This document shows positions 46,216 to 55,844 of a stretch of 64,000 nucleotides of DNA, in pieces (positions within the stretch are counted from its first letter, which is position 1; each line of letters begins with the position of its first letter). The DNA is from a virus (lineage: Duplodnaviria > Caudoviricetes), in IMG/VR virus record IMGVR_UViG_3300014159_000001, positions 6,199 to 70,198 of that record. The stretch is one strand, 5' to 3'. A model generated the notes under the pieces. It did no database searches, was not told the origin of the DNA, and saw nothing but the letters and a program-made list of their open reading frames with translations. Position numbers and translations under genes: made by a program.

Positions 46216-46485
46216 ATGGTTTGCCCCTACTCGCCCTACTCGAAACCCGCGAGCATCGTGATCATGATCGACGACCCGGACATCCTCGAGGCGCTCGGAC
46301 AACGGGGCGACACGATCACGCTCCGCTATTCGATCAAGCGGCTCGTCGACGACTTCATGGCGATCGGCGGATGGGACGACGAGGGGATGCTCCGGCTCGT
46401 CCTCGCGTGGGAATCGGCCGCGAAGAGGTTCCGGGCCGATTACGAGAAGGGCAAGCAACTCGCCGCGACCGCCGAAAGCAAATGA
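46216..46485 (+). CDS. Hypothetical protein
   Basis: Its stop overlaps the TerL ATG. Start uncertain. Confidence 0.45.
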   Translation: MVCPYSPYSKPASIVIMIDDPDILEALGQRGDTITLRYSIKRLVDDFMAIGGWDDEGMLRLVLAWESAAKRFRADYEKGKQLAATAESK

Positions 46486-47963
46486 CTGACGCCCCGCCCT
46501 CCCCGGTCTCATCGCCCGGGCCGGAGCCCGGGATGCCCGAGGACCACCTCTCCTTCTGGGAGTATTTCTCCGAGTTCTTCGTCCCTCTCAACCGGCTCAA
46601 CCTCCCTCTCCACGAGCCGCACCGCGAGATCGCCGAGGCGCTCGAGGCCGCTTACCTCGGCGCGCTCGACCCGTGGATCCAGTTCATCGCGGTGACGATG
46701 CCCCCGCGGACCGGGAAGACGAAGCTGAACGAGGGGCTCGCGACGTGGGGGCTCGGCTACTACCCGGAGAGCCAGATCATCTTGACCTCGTACTCGCAGG
46801 ACCTCGCGGAGCTCTCCCTCTCCTACTGCGACAAGACGATCAAGGAAGGATGGTATCAAGGCTGGTTCGGGGACCACGTCCACGGGGTGACGGCCGATCA
46901 CCTCTCGACGATCGAGGGCGGGAACATCTACGCGGAGGGCGTCTTCGGCTCGCTCCTCGGCAAGGGCGCGGGCTTGAAGGAGCCGGCCGGCGGCTACCTC
47001 GGGCTCGACGACCCGGCGAAGATCGAGCAGGCGCTCTCGCGCGGCGTCGCGAAGAAGCTCGAGCTCTGGTTCGAGACGACCCTGATCAACCGGCGCAACT
47101 CGGACCGCTTCTGCCCGATCATAATCATCGCGCAGCGCGCCGGCTTGACCGACCTGATCGAATACCTACGGACGACCTACAAGCGCGAGACCCTCGTCCT
47201 CAAGTTCCCGTGCTTCGTCGGCCGGCGCTCCCGGTTCCCGGAGACGTACTCGGACGACCGGCTCCCGATGCTCGAGCGGACGCGGATCGGGCGGTTCACG
47301 CTCGCGGCGCTCCTCCAGCAGGAGCCGATCGCGCTCGGCGGGAACATGATCCCGGTCGACAAGTTCCTCCGCTACTCGCCGGCGGACCGCCTCCTCGCGT
47401 GGGACGACAAGATCGTCGTCTGCGACACGGCGCTCAAGAAGGGCGAGGGCAACGACTGGTGGGTCCTCCAATGCTGGGGCCGCGTCGGCCGGAGTTGCTA
47501 CCTCCTCGCCTCCTCGAGGACGCAGTGCAACTCGGCGGAGTTCATCCGGGAGGCGGCGGCGTTCTGGCTCCGGCAAACGACGGCGCAGGAGCATCACCCG
47601 GTCTCGCGGTTCATAATCGAGGATTCGGCCGCGGGCCCGGGCGTGATCTCCGCGCTCAACGAGGCGGGCATCCCGGCGACCCCGATCATCCCGATCAAGG
47701 ACAAGGCGGCGCGGGTCAACGACGTCCTCCCGTTCATCGAGACGGGGTGCGTCTACCTCCCGAAGGACGACGACCCGGAGGCCCCGTGGCTCCCCGACCT
47801 CCTCCTCGAGATGAGCGCCTTCACGCAAGACCTCACGCACGAGCACGACGATCAGGTCGACTGCGTCGCCTACGCCTTGAGCGAGCTCCTCGGCGCGGGC
47901 CTCTCGATCCTCCAAGTCCTCGGCGTCGCGCCGGCGAACCTCCCGTTCCTCCCGATGGGTTGA
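46482..47963 (+). CDS. terL: Terminase large subunit
   Basis: Walker A 'MPPRTGKT', 'LTSYSQDLA', Walker B-like 'GLDDP', 'IIIAQR', nuclease 'CDTA.K.GEGND', 'IEDSAAG', 'HDDQVDCVAYA'. Confidence 0.92.
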   Translation: MTDAPPSPVSSPGPEPGMPEDHLSFWEYFSEFFVPLNRLNLPLHEPHREIAEALEAAYLGALDPWIQFIAVTMPPRTGKTKLNEGLATWGLGYYPESQIILTSYSQDLAELSLSYCDKTIKEGWYQGWFGDHVHGVTADHLSTIEGGNIYAEGVFGSLLGKGAGLKEPAGGYLGLDDPAKIEQALSRGVAKKLELWFETTLINRRNSDRFCPIIIIAQRAGLTDLIEYLRTTYKRETLVLKFPCFVGRRSRFPETYSDDRLPMLERTRIGRFTLAALLQQEPIALGGNMIPVDKFLRYSPADRLLAWDDKIVVCDTALKKGEGNDWWVLQCWGRVGRSCYLLASSRTQCNSAEFIREAAAFWLRQTTAQEHHPVSRFIIEDSAAGPGVISALNEAGIPATPIIPIKDKAARVNDVLPFIETGCVYLPKDDDPEAPWLPDLLLEMSAFTQDLTHEHDDQVDCVAYALSELLGAGLSILQVLGVAPANLPFLPMG

Positions 47964-48089
47964 GGGCCGCTTTTCCCTCGAGAAAACCCGCGCTCGAAAA
48001 AAGCGTGTCAAGTTTTTTTCGCCTCGAGGAGGGCGGTCGCGCAAGTCGTTGCGGCGCGTCCCCATTTCGCAAATACGCGAAACGCGATT

Positions 48090-48098
48090 TGATATAAT
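48090..48098 (+). promoter_or_regulatory. Extended -10 promoter (TGnTATAAT)
   Basis: TGATATAAT in an AT-rich gap, 9 nt before ATG 48108. Confidence 0.65.
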
Positions 48099-48107
48099 GA
48101 TGGCGTC

Positions 48108-48428
48108 ATGATAAAACTCCACACCGCCATCAGTCGGGTAACAACGAGGGCGCTGCCGCCCTCTTTCGGGAAGGACAAGGGCCGCTGGTTGACCGTTACG
48201 CTCGTCCCCGGAAACGGCGACGAGGTCGAGGACCTCATAACCATTAGGCCGCACGGGACCCGGAGGCCGGAGACGATCTCACTCGAAGCCGTCTACCTCT
48301 TCGCCCTCCGCTCGCGGGTCAACAAGGAGATGCTCGAGCGGGCGCGCGAGCGCAAGGCCGCCGTTCGGCGCTCCGAGTTGATCGGCCTCGCGAACGCGAC
48401 GATCGCCGACATCACGACGACGGACTAA
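48108..48428 (+). CDS. Hypothetical protein
   Basis: Directly follows the promoter. Confidence 0.6.
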   Translation: MIKLHTAISRVTTRALPPSFGKDKGRWLTVTLVPGNGDEVEDLITIRPHGTRRPETISLEAVYLFALRSRVNKEMLERARERKAAVRRSELIGLANATIADITTTD

Positions 48429-48459
48429 CCCTTCAACCGCAACCTCAACGCATCAACCC

Positions 48460-48882
48460 ATGAAAACATCGCAGAACCTAGTCGGCCGGAAGGTCACCTT
48501 CGACTTCCCGCGTTTCGACGCCCTCAAGAAGCTCCCCGTCGGCTCTCCGGAGCGGGCGGCCGCCCTCAAGACCTACCTTGGCCAGAACTTCCAACACCAC
48601 GCGGTCGTCCTCGACAAGACGGGCGAGATCGTCGAGGTCTACTCGGAGGAGGGCTCGACGAAGCTCCGCGTCCGGATGGACGACGACGGGACCTTGATCG
48701 AGACGTGGCCGATGGACATTACGGTCGGCCCGGCCCCGAAGCCGGCGACGACCCGCGTCCCGCACGAGTTCGACTTCGTGAAGGCGAGCGACTTCGCCTA
48801 CATCGAGGCCCGCGGTCGGGAAGGTTGGACGATCGCGGCCGCGTTCGGCACGACGATCTGCCTCCAGCGCCCGATCGCGTAA
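48460..48882 (+). CDS. Hypothetical protein
   Basis: 140 aa with phage codon usage. Confidence 0.62.
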   Translation: MKTSQNLVGRKVTFDFPRFDALKKLPVGSPERAAALKTYLGQNFQHHAVVLDKTGEIVEVYSEEGSTKLRVRMDDDGTLIETWPMDITVGPAPKPATTRVPHEFDFVKASDFAYIEARGREGWTIAAAFGTTICLQRPIA

Positions 48883-48902
48883 CCTTTGGTTGACTGAGTT
48901 CG

Positions 48903-48935
48903 GCCCCCGGGGCGACGGCGCCTCGGGGGCTTTTT
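48903..48935 (+). terminator. Rho-independent terminator
   Basis: GCCCCCGGGGCG-acgg-CGCCTCGGGGGC-TTTTT (12-bp stem with one G.U pair). Confidence 0.8.
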
Positions 48936-49002
48936 CGCGCTCGACTCCGGGCTAGGCGAGGGATCTCTTCGGGCCGATCAACGTCCTCAACCGATCAACA
49001 AC

Positions 49003-49665
49003 ATGAGCGAGTTCAAGCTAGAGTGGGCGGAGAAGCATCTCGGGCGCGAGCCCGTCGGCGTCCTCGACGTCGGGACGTGGGACGCGGACGACGCGATCCG
49101 GTTCAAGCGAGCTTGGCCGAAGGCCCGGGTCGACGCGTTCGAGGCGGACCCGGACGCCTACGAGGCGATCCTCAGGGGGCGGAGGGCGGACGCGTCGAAG
49201 GTCCTCGTCCACCACTACGCGGTCTGCAACCACAACCGCGGCGTCTTCTTCTTCCCCGTCTCGGACGCGGCGCACCCGATCGGGATGAGCGGCTCGCTCC
49301 TCCCTCCGACCGAGAAGCTCAAGCGCGACCTCCCGTTCCTCCAGCTCGACCGGAAGCCGCCGGTCAAGGTCCCGAGCATCCGGCTCGACTCGTTCGTCGC
49401 GCGCTTCGACTTCCCGGCGATCGACCTCCTCCACGTCGACGTTCAGGGCGCGGAGGCGCTCGTGATCGAGGGCCTCGGGGAGCTCCGGCCCGGCTTGATC
49501 TTCCTCGAGATCGACGAGGTCGGGGACACGGGGCACTACCGCGGGGCGGCGCCGCTCGCCGAGCTCCGGGCGCTCCTCGACCGGATGGGCTACGTCGTTC
49601 AGTGGGACTCGGGGCACGACGCGCTCCACGTCCACAAACTCGCCGGCCGAGACCTCAAGCCGTGA
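49003..49665 (+). CDS. FkbM-family SAM-dependent methyltransferase
   Basis: 'VLDVGTWD', 'VDAFEADP', 'VPSIRLDSF', 'IDLLHVDVQGAEALVIEG'. Confidence 0.85.
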   Translation: MSEFKLEWAEKHLGREPVGVLDVGTWDADDAIRFKRAWPKARVDAFEADPDAYEAILRGRRADASKVLVHHYAVCNHNRGVFFFPVSDAAHPIGMSGSLLPPTEKLKRDLPFLQLDRKPPVKVPSIRLDSFVARFDFPAIDLLHVDVQGAEALVIEGLGELRPGLIFLEIDEVGDTGHYRGAAPLAELRALLDRMGYVVQWDSGHDALHVHKLAGRDLKP

Positions 49666-50369
49666 GACGCGTCGTCCTAGTCTCCGCCCCGTACCCTCCG
49701 CGCGACGCGGACGACGCCCGCCGGCGCGACGCGGCCCGGTTTAGCTGGGACTGGCACCTCGCCCGAAACTTGAACATCGAGGAGGCAAAGGTGATCGACC
49801 CGGAGGGCCGGCCGCCCACGATCGTCGAGCTCCTCGACTGGGGCTGCCAGCTCGCGCAGCCGCGGGACATCGTCGTCTACGCGAACCTCGACGTCGGCTT
49901 CGTCGAGGACGCCTTCGAGCGGATCGAGGCCGGGATCGAGAGGGGCCTCGGCGTGACGGTTTGCTCGAGGCGCTCGCTCCCGGACCCGGAGCCGGGCGTG
50001 ATGTACCACGACCTCTCGGCCCTGCCGCGGGACCTCGGGATCGACGCGATCGCGGTCTCGCCGGCTTGGTGGCACCGGGTCGGGAGGCCCTTGATGCCCC
50101 CGATGCGCGTCGGCCGCGGGGGCTGGGACGTCGTCTTCCTCTTGATAGCCGAGAACTGGGCCGACCGGAAGCCGTGGACCGAGGCCATCGACCGCAACCG
50201 GGTCCTCGAGTCGAAGGCGCACACGGACGGGGCGATCTGGCACTCGCCGCACATGCCGGCTTGGTACGTCGCGTGGAAGGCGGGGACGTCGGACGAGCTC
50301 CAGAAGGAGAGCACGCGGCTCGCGCGGGAGTTCGTCGACAAGGTCGGCAACCCGGAGGTCTTCGAGTGA
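49662..50369 (+). CDS. GT-A-like glycosyltransferase domain protein
   Basis: 'DIVVYANLDVG', 'IDAIAVSPAWW', 'GRGGWD'. Paralogous to the C-half of 51246..52796. Confidence 0.6.
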   Translation: MRRVVLVSAPYPPRDADDARRRDAARFSWDWHLARNLNIEEAKVIDPEGRPPTIVELLDWGCQLAQPRDIVVYANLDVGFVEDAFERIEAGIERGLGVTVCSRRSLPDPEPGVMYHDLSALPRDLGIDAIAVSPAWWHRVGRPLMPPMRVGRGGWDVVFLLIAENWADRKPWTEAIDRNRVLESKAHTDGAIWHSPHMPAWYVAWKAGTSDELQKESTRLAREFVDKVGNPEVFE

Positions 50370-50704
50370 GCCAGCCGTTCCCTCTCCCCGGCTACGTCGA
50401 GCGGCCTTGCGATCCGAATAATCGCGTCGTCTTCGCGAAAGCCGACGACTTCGGGGAGATGCCTCCGGCGGGGTGGGGAATCTTCGGTGGCGGCCTCGGT
50501 TTGATGACGCGCTGTCCGAAGTGCGGCGGCCGCGCCGGCCTCGACTTGCACTCGGTCAACGCCCGAGGAGAAGCCAATCCGAGTTACCTCTGCGCGCGCT
50601 CGACGTGCGGCTTCCACGTCTACGTTCGCCTCGACGGATGGGACAAGGGAGAGAAACCCGCGCGGACTCAGTGGACTGGTGCCGGATGGGGACCCGAAAC
50701 GTGA
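50366..50704 (+). CDS. Small zinc-ribbon protein
   Basis: 'CPKCG...H.....G...PSYLC...CGFH.Y.RLDGW'. Confidence 0.6.
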   Translation: MSQPFPLPGYVERPCDPNNRVVFAKADDFGEMPPAGWGIFGGGLGLMTRCPKCGGRAGLDLHSVNARGEANPSYLCARSTCGFHVYVRLDGWDKGEKPARTQWTGAGWGPET

Positions 50705-51258
50705 GCGCGATTCTTATGAAAAAGTGCAGCCGTTGCGGCGAGCTAAAGTCTAAGGCCGCGTTTACTACGTGCACTCAAAGCTCCGACGGTCTCTACTCGT
50801 GGTGTTCACAATGCCGCTCGCTATATAGTCGACAACGGCGAAGCGATCCGGCGACTAGAGAACGAATAAACCGATTGAAGCGTGAATGGCACAAGGAGGC
50901 GTCGCAAAAACCGGAGTTTATTGAACGGCGACGAGCGAGAGCCAAGAAACTTAGAGAGGACCCTCTATTCATAGCCGCCGCGAGGACGAGAGGCCGTAAA
51001 TACAAAGACCGAAAGCAGCTATCGGCCGCCGGTAGGCCGCCGCCTTCCTTGTGCGAATGTTGCGGAGAACAACCGAGGGAAGGCAAGCGGAGGGCGATTA
51101 ACTGGGATCACGATCATAAGACGGGACGTTTTCGCGGTTGGATTTGCCGACGCTGTAACTTGATACTCGGACAAATAGCCGACTCCCCCGAACTGATCAG
51201 CCGACTCGACCGCTATCTCAAGCATCCTCCGGGGCCCGGACCAATATGTCAGCCTTAA
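50701..51258 (+). CDS. Endonuclease VII-family homing endonuclease
   Basis: 'KKCSRCGELK', 'CECCG...WDHDHKTGRFRGWICRRCNLILG'. AT-rich codons. Confidence 0.85.
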   Translation: MSAILMKKCSRCGELKSKAAFTTCTQSSDGLYSWCSQCRSLYSRQRRSDPATRERINRLKREWHKEASQKPEFIERRRARAKKLREDPLFIAAARTRGRKYKDRKQLSAAGRPPPSLCECCGEQPREGKRRAINWDHDHKTGRFRGWICRRCNLILGQIADSPELISRLDRYLKHPPGPGPICQP

Positions 51259-52796
51259 ACGATCTAACGGTTTGCATCACCTCATTCCGACGAGGAACCC
51301 TTTTGAAAAGGGCCATCGAATCGCTCAAAGCGGCCGGCATTAGACGAGTAACCGTCGCGGCCGTTTGTCCGACGGACGAAGTCTGGGACATCATAGAGGC
51401 CGAGAAAACGAATCGCAGCTGGATGAGCTTCGATTGCAATACGGTCGAGGCGGACATCGGTTGCAACAACACGTGGACGCTCGCCGCCTACCTCGCCCGG
51501 ACCCGGAAGATCCTCGTCCTCCACGACGACGACGTCCTCCTCCCCGGCTTCGGGCCGGCCTACGAGAACGTGATCGCGCCGCGGCTCGAGAACCCGGAGA
51601 TCGGGATGGCGACGTGGCACGCGAACTTCATCTTCCCTGACGGTCGGACGGCGCCCTGCGAGGAGTGGCGGTTCGGCGCCGGGACGCGGCCGCTGCCGTC
51701 GACCGAGCTCCTCCTACGGCTCGCCGCGATGGGCCGCTGCTCGATGTCGCCGATCCTCGCGATCTTCGACCGGGAGACTACGATCCACGCTTGCAAGGAG
51801 GCGGAGACGACGCTCGGCGAGCACCCGGATTGCCGCGAGCGCCCGGGGATGCTCCTCGGGACCGAGATCGTCGCCTACATCCGCAATGCGGAGCGCGCGA
51901 AGAGCTGGCTCTACGTCGACGACGTCCTCTCGCTCTACGGATCGCACGACGGGAGCGGAAGCATCCGGGCCCTCGCGACCCCCGGCGGCCTCGGCCGGAT
52001 AATCTGCGGCTACGACCGGGCCCGCGTGCTAACGCTCAATGGCAAGCCGCCGCCTCCCCCGTTCCCGAAGATTATCCTCGTCACCTCGAAGCGGACGTCG
52101 ACCGCCCGAGACGCCTCACGCAGGATGACAACCGCGCTCTCCTCGAGGCGCTTCCTCTTCGAGGAGTTCGACGCGATCGAGTTGACCGTCCCGATGCGCC
52201 GCCTCCGGAGGAGCCTCGCGGAGTTCCCGTACGTCCGCGACCTCTTCGACATCGGGGTCGCCCACGCGTTGCCCGAGGACGTCGTCCTCTACTGCAACGA
52301 CGACGTCGGCCTGACCGTCGAGGCGCCCCGGCGGATATACGCCGGCGTCGAGCGCGGCCGCGGGGCCTCCGCCTTCCCCCGCCGGCGCTACGACAACCCG
52401 CACGCGCGCCCGCTCGTCCGCTCGGTCAAGAACTGCCTCCACGACGGGGGGATAGACGCCTTCGCGGTCACCCCGGCTTGGTGGGCCGCCAACCGGGAGA
52501 AGTTCCCGGACATGATCATCGGCCGCGAGTGGTGGGACGCGATCTTCGGCTTCGTGATCGAGGAGGCGGCCGGCGAGGGTCCGCGGACGGACGGCCTCCC
52601 GTCCGTCGAGGCGTGGTGGAGGTCCCGGGCGTACACGGACGACGTAGTCTGGCACGAGCCGCACGCGCCGGCGTGGCACACCTTGCGGACGACGCCGGGG
52701 GACCCCGGCTTCTACAACCGGAAGCTCGCCCTCGAGTTCGTCGTCGCGCGCCACAACGAGCCCGCGGCGGCGCACCTCCGCGAGCTTCGCGGCTAG
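51246..52796 (+). CDS. Two-domain glycosyltransferase (GT2-like plus GT-A-like)
   Basis: 'TVCITSFRR..LLKRAIES', 'ILVLHDDDVL' in the N-domain. 'VVLYCNDDVG...GIDAFAVTPAWW...IGREWWD' in the C-domain. Confidence 0.75.
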   Translation: MSALNDLTVCITSFRRGTLLKRAIESLKAAGIRRVTVAAVCPTDEVWDIIEAEKTNRSWMSFDCNTVEADIGCNNTWTLAAYLARTRKILVLHDDDVLLPGFGPAYENVIAPRLENPEIGMATWHANFIFPDGRTAPCEEWRFGAGTRPLPSTELLLRLAAMGRCSMSPILAIFDRETTIHACKEAETTLGEHPDCRERPGMLLGTEIVAYIRNAERAKSWLYVDDVLSLYGSHDGSGSIRALATPGGLGRIICGYDRARVLTLNGKPPPPPFPKIILVTSKRTSTARDASRRMTTALSSRRFLFEEFDAIELTVPMRRLRRSLAEFPYVRDLFDIGVAHALPEDVVLYCNDDVGLTVEAPRRIYAGVERGRGASAFPRRRYDNPHARPLVRSVKNCLHDGGIDAFAVTPAWWAANREKFPDMIIGREWWDAIFGFVIEEAAGEGPRTDGLPSVEAWWRSRAYTDDVVWHEPHAPAWHTLRTTPGDPGFYNRKLALEFVVARHNEPAAAHLRELRG

Positions 52797-53677
52797 TTGA
52801 CGCGCCCGGGGAAGACGTTCCCTTCGGCGTCGCGGACGAGCGCGGGGACCTTGAAGCCGGCCCGGAGGAGGTCCGCCTTGTAGGCGTCGACCGCCTGAGT
52901 CTGCCGCGTCGCGATCAAGTTGTGGAGCTCGAGGAACCCGACCTCGCCGACGTGGTCGACTTGGCAGCCGGGGTCGGACCAGAGCTTGCCTCCGATCGAC
53001 TTGAAGAGGTGCGAGAAGTAGTAGTCCTCCGTCAGGTAACGGGGATATGTCCGCTTGCCCGGGTGCCGCGCGCTCCCGAACCACTCGCCGTTGACGACGC
53101 CCATCCCCCAGAAGTCGTGCATCCATTGACCGTCCGCGATCCCGGAGGTCGGCTCGTCCTCGTCGTTCATGTACCGGCGCTGCGGGAGCTCCTTGACCAT
53201 CGAGTCGACGGCGGTCATGTCGACCCGGACGAACCCGCTCCCGACGTGCGCCATCGGCCAGAGGCCGCCGGGTCCCATCGTCTCCGGCGTCGCGTTCTCG
53301 AACTCGCCGACCCAGCAGAGGCGCTCGAGGTTCTTCTTCGGGTAGAGTCCGCCGACGAGCTCCGCGTCTTGCTTGAGGATACGGAAGAAGTGCGACGGCT
53401 CCGGCCGGAGGTCGGCATCGACCATGATGATCCGGGAGACGGGGAGGCAGCGCGCGACGTACGTGAGGATGTTCCGCGCCTTCGCGATCCCCTGCCCCGC
53501 CGCCTTGCGGAAGTCGAAGCGGGTCTCGATCCCGGCGGCCTCGAGCTCCTTGACCCCGAGCTCGAGGGAGATCACCGTCCGGACGAGGTCGAAGAGTCCG
53601 CCGCGGGAGGCCGGGAGGCCGATCATCACGAGGTTCGGGTCGCGGTCCCGCGGGCTTATCGGTTGTAGAGTTTTCAT
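52793..53677 (-). CDS. GT-A-fold glycosyltransferase
   Basis: 'AKARNIL', 'IMVDAD', 'VGGLYPKK', 'VGSGFVRV', 'YLTEDYYF', 'DHVG'. Confidence 0.78.
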   Translation of the reverse strand: MKTLQPISPRDRDPNLVMIGLPASRGGLFDLVRTVISLELGVKELEAAGIETRFDFRKAAGQGIAKARNILTYVARCLPVSRIIMVDADLRPEPSHFFRILKQDAELVGGLYPKKNLERLCWVGEFENATPETMGPGGLWPMAHVGSGFVRVDMTAVDSMVKELPQRRYMNDEDEPTSGIADGQWMHDFWGMGVVNGEWFGSARHPGKRTYPRYLTEDYYFSHLFKSIGGKLWSDPGCQVDHVGEVGFLELHNLIATRQTQAVDAYKADLLRAGFKVPALVRDAEGNVFPGRVN

Positions 53678-54105
53678 CGGCGCTTATTTAAGTAGGCGAT
53701 CATCTTATGCAAGACCTCTCTCGAATCGCCGACCATACCAAGCGCGGTATTGCAAGGAGAGCAAATCCATCCGCGAAACTCGCCGGTAGCGTGATCGTGA
53801 TCCCAGACGATTTTCCTCCCCGATTTTCCGCAGCAATCGCAATGACTCGGCTTCGGTCGTCCGGCTTTCGCGATTTTCATTTCGAGCCGCCGACGATGCC
53901 CGGCCGCTATAATGGCGGCGTATTTTTCCGGATTTCGGCGTCTCCAGTCATAGATCCACCGCTTCATCTTTGCCCTATATTCGGCCAGCTTTTTTGGATC
54001 GGATAGGCGCTTCGCTTTCGCAAGTTTGTAAAGCCTCTTGGTCCTCTCGCGACGCTTCTCGTCGATCGTGTATTGACGCCGCCGTTTGTCTTTCGGTTGT
54101 GGCAT
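53674..54105 (-). CDS. Endonuclease VII-family homing endonuclease
   Basis: 'AGRPKPSHCDCCG...WDHDHATGEFRGWICSPCNTALG'. AT-rich codons. Confidence 0.85.
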   Translation of the reverse strand: MPQPKDKRRRQYTIDEKRRERTKRLYKLAKAKRLSDPKKLAEYRAKMKRWIYDWRRRNPEKYAAIIAAGHRRRLEMKIAKAGRPKPSHCDCCGKSGRKIVWDHDHATGEFRGWICSPCNTALGMVGDSREVLHKMIAYLNKRR

Positions 54106-54111
54106 GACACG

Positions 54112-54140
54112 ATTATAGGGCGCGCGGATTATCTTGCCAA
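54112..54140 (-). promoter_or_regulatory. Leaderless sigma70 promoter for the minus-strand EndoVII-GT pair
   Basis: On the minus strand: TTGGCA-17 bp-TATAAT-6 nt-ATG(54105). Confidence 0.75.
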
Positions 54141-54220
54141 GAATAGATCTAGGTCTTTAAGCCTCGAGCCGCGAACCCAACAGGCCCTCCCTTGAACAAC
54201 CATGCGATGACCCCGACGAG

Positions 54221-55834
54221 ATGATCCGCCCCGAAGGGAACGAACGGATGGGCGCAGTGCTCGACGAGTTCGGGCGCGAGGCCCGCGCCTCGCCCGAGAT
54301 CATCGTCCGGCGGTTCAAGGAGGAGCTCGCGGACATACGGCGCGAGATGGCCGTCGAGAGGTCGAACGCGGGGGGCGCGCCCGGCTTCGGAAACTGGGGG
54401 CTCAACGGACTCCTCAACGGCGTGATGGCGGGCTCGCCGTGGCAGACGCAGACGATCGCGCAGCCGTTCACGCTCGCGAACGCGAACGCATACGTCCCGC
54501 TCTCGCTCAACCTAATCCTCCTCTCGTACTCGTACATGACGCAGGGGTTGATCCAGACCGTCGTGACGCAGCCCGTCGACGACGCGTTCCGCGGGAACCC
54601 GAAGATCAAGAGCGCGGAGCTCGACGAGGAGGACCTCGACACGCTTCACCGGGTGATGAAGCGATCGCAGCCGCGCGTCCTCGGCCGGAAGCTGATGAAG
54701 ACCGTCGCGGGCTGGGTCAACTACAATGCCTGCGCCAACCTTCAGCGCTCGGACTGGTCCGCGATCAAGCACGCGATCTACTGGGGCCGGCTCTACGGGG
54801 GCGCCGGCCTCGTGATCAACACCGACCAAGACTTCCGGAGCGAGCTCGACGTCGACGCGATCCGGCCCGACTCGCCGCTCGTCTTCATCCCGGCGGACCG
54901 CTGGGAGCTCGTCCTCTCGAACATCAACATCTACGACCCGCGGAGCCTGGTCCCGTTCAACTACTACGGCTTCCCGTTGCACGTCAGCCGGGTCATGAAG
55001 TTCGTCTGGAACGACGCCCCGGCCTACATACGGCTCCGGTTGCAGGGCTGGGGGATGAGCGAGGTCGAGCGGTGCATCCGGTCGATCAACTCGTTCCTCA
55101 AGTTCGAGAACCTGATCTTCGAGCTCCTCGACGAGGCGAAGATCGACGTCTACAAGATCACGAACTTCAACTCGCAGCTCCTCTCCCCGGGAGGGACGGA
55201 CAACGTCCGCCGGCGGATCCAGATGTCGAACCAGCTGAAGTCGTTCAACAACGCGCTCGTGATGGACAAGACTGACGACTACGAGCAGAAGCAGCTCGGG
55301 GCGATCTTCTCCGGGCTCTCGGACGCGTGGGAGCAGCTCCGGCTCAACCTTTGCTCGGACCTCAAAATCCCCCGGAACAAGCTCTTCGGCGAGAGCGCCG
55401 GCGGGTTCTCCTCGGGGGAGGACTCGCTCGAGAACTACAACTCGATCGTCGACAACGTCCGGACGGCGGCCGAGCCGCTGATCCTCGAGGTCGCCGCCCT
55501 CCGTTGCCAGCAGCAGTTCGGGTTCGTACCGGAAGACATCGAGATCGAGTGGCCGTCCCTCCGCGTGATGAAGCAGACGGACGAGGAGACGGTCAAGACC
55601 TCGAAGCAGAAGCGGGCGACGGACCTCTACGACAAGGGCCTCCTCGACGGGAAGGAGACCTCCGAGGTCCTCAAGAAGGACGGCCTCCTCGTGATCGAGT
55701 CCGCGGTCCTCAAGGGGACGCGGAAGCCGATCACGCCGGAGGTCGAGCAGACGGCGTTCGCGGCCGAGGCCGAGAAGCGCCAAGGGAAGCGCCGCGCCCT
55801 CGGGGGCGGCGCCGCGGCCAAGAAGGCCGCCTGA
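54221..55834 (+). CDS. Portal protein (DUF1073-type)
   Basis: '[15 protein letters not shown]', 'WGRLYGGAG', '[26 protein letters not shown]', 'IEWPSL'. Confidence 0.88.
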   Translation: MIRPEGNERMGAVLDEFGREARASPEIIVRRFKEELADIRREMAVERSNAGGAPGFGNWGLNGLLNGVMAGSPWQTQTIAQPFTLANANAYVPLSLNLILLSYSYMTQGLIQTVVTQPVDDAFRGNPKIKSAELDEEDLDTLHRVMKRSQPRVLGRKLMKTVAGWVNYNACANLQRSDWSAIKHAIYWGRLYGGAGLVINTDQDFRSELDVDAIRPDSPLVFIPADRWELVLSNINIYDPRSLVPFNYYGFPLHVSRVMKFVWNDAPAYIRLRLQGWGMSEVERCIRSINSFLKFENLIFELLDEAKIDVYKITNFNSQLLSPGGTDNVRRRIQMSNQLKSFNNALVMDKTDDYEQKQLGAIFSGLSDAWEQLRLNLCSDLKIPRNKLFGESAGGFSSGEDSLENYNSIVDNVRTAAEPLILEVAALRCQQQFGFVPEDIEIEWPSLRVMKQTDEETVKTSKQKRATDLYDKGLLDGKETSEVLKKDGLLVIESAVLKGTRKPITPEVEQTAFAAEAEKRQGKRRALGGGAAAKKAA

Positions 55835-55844
55835 CTTTCCAACC

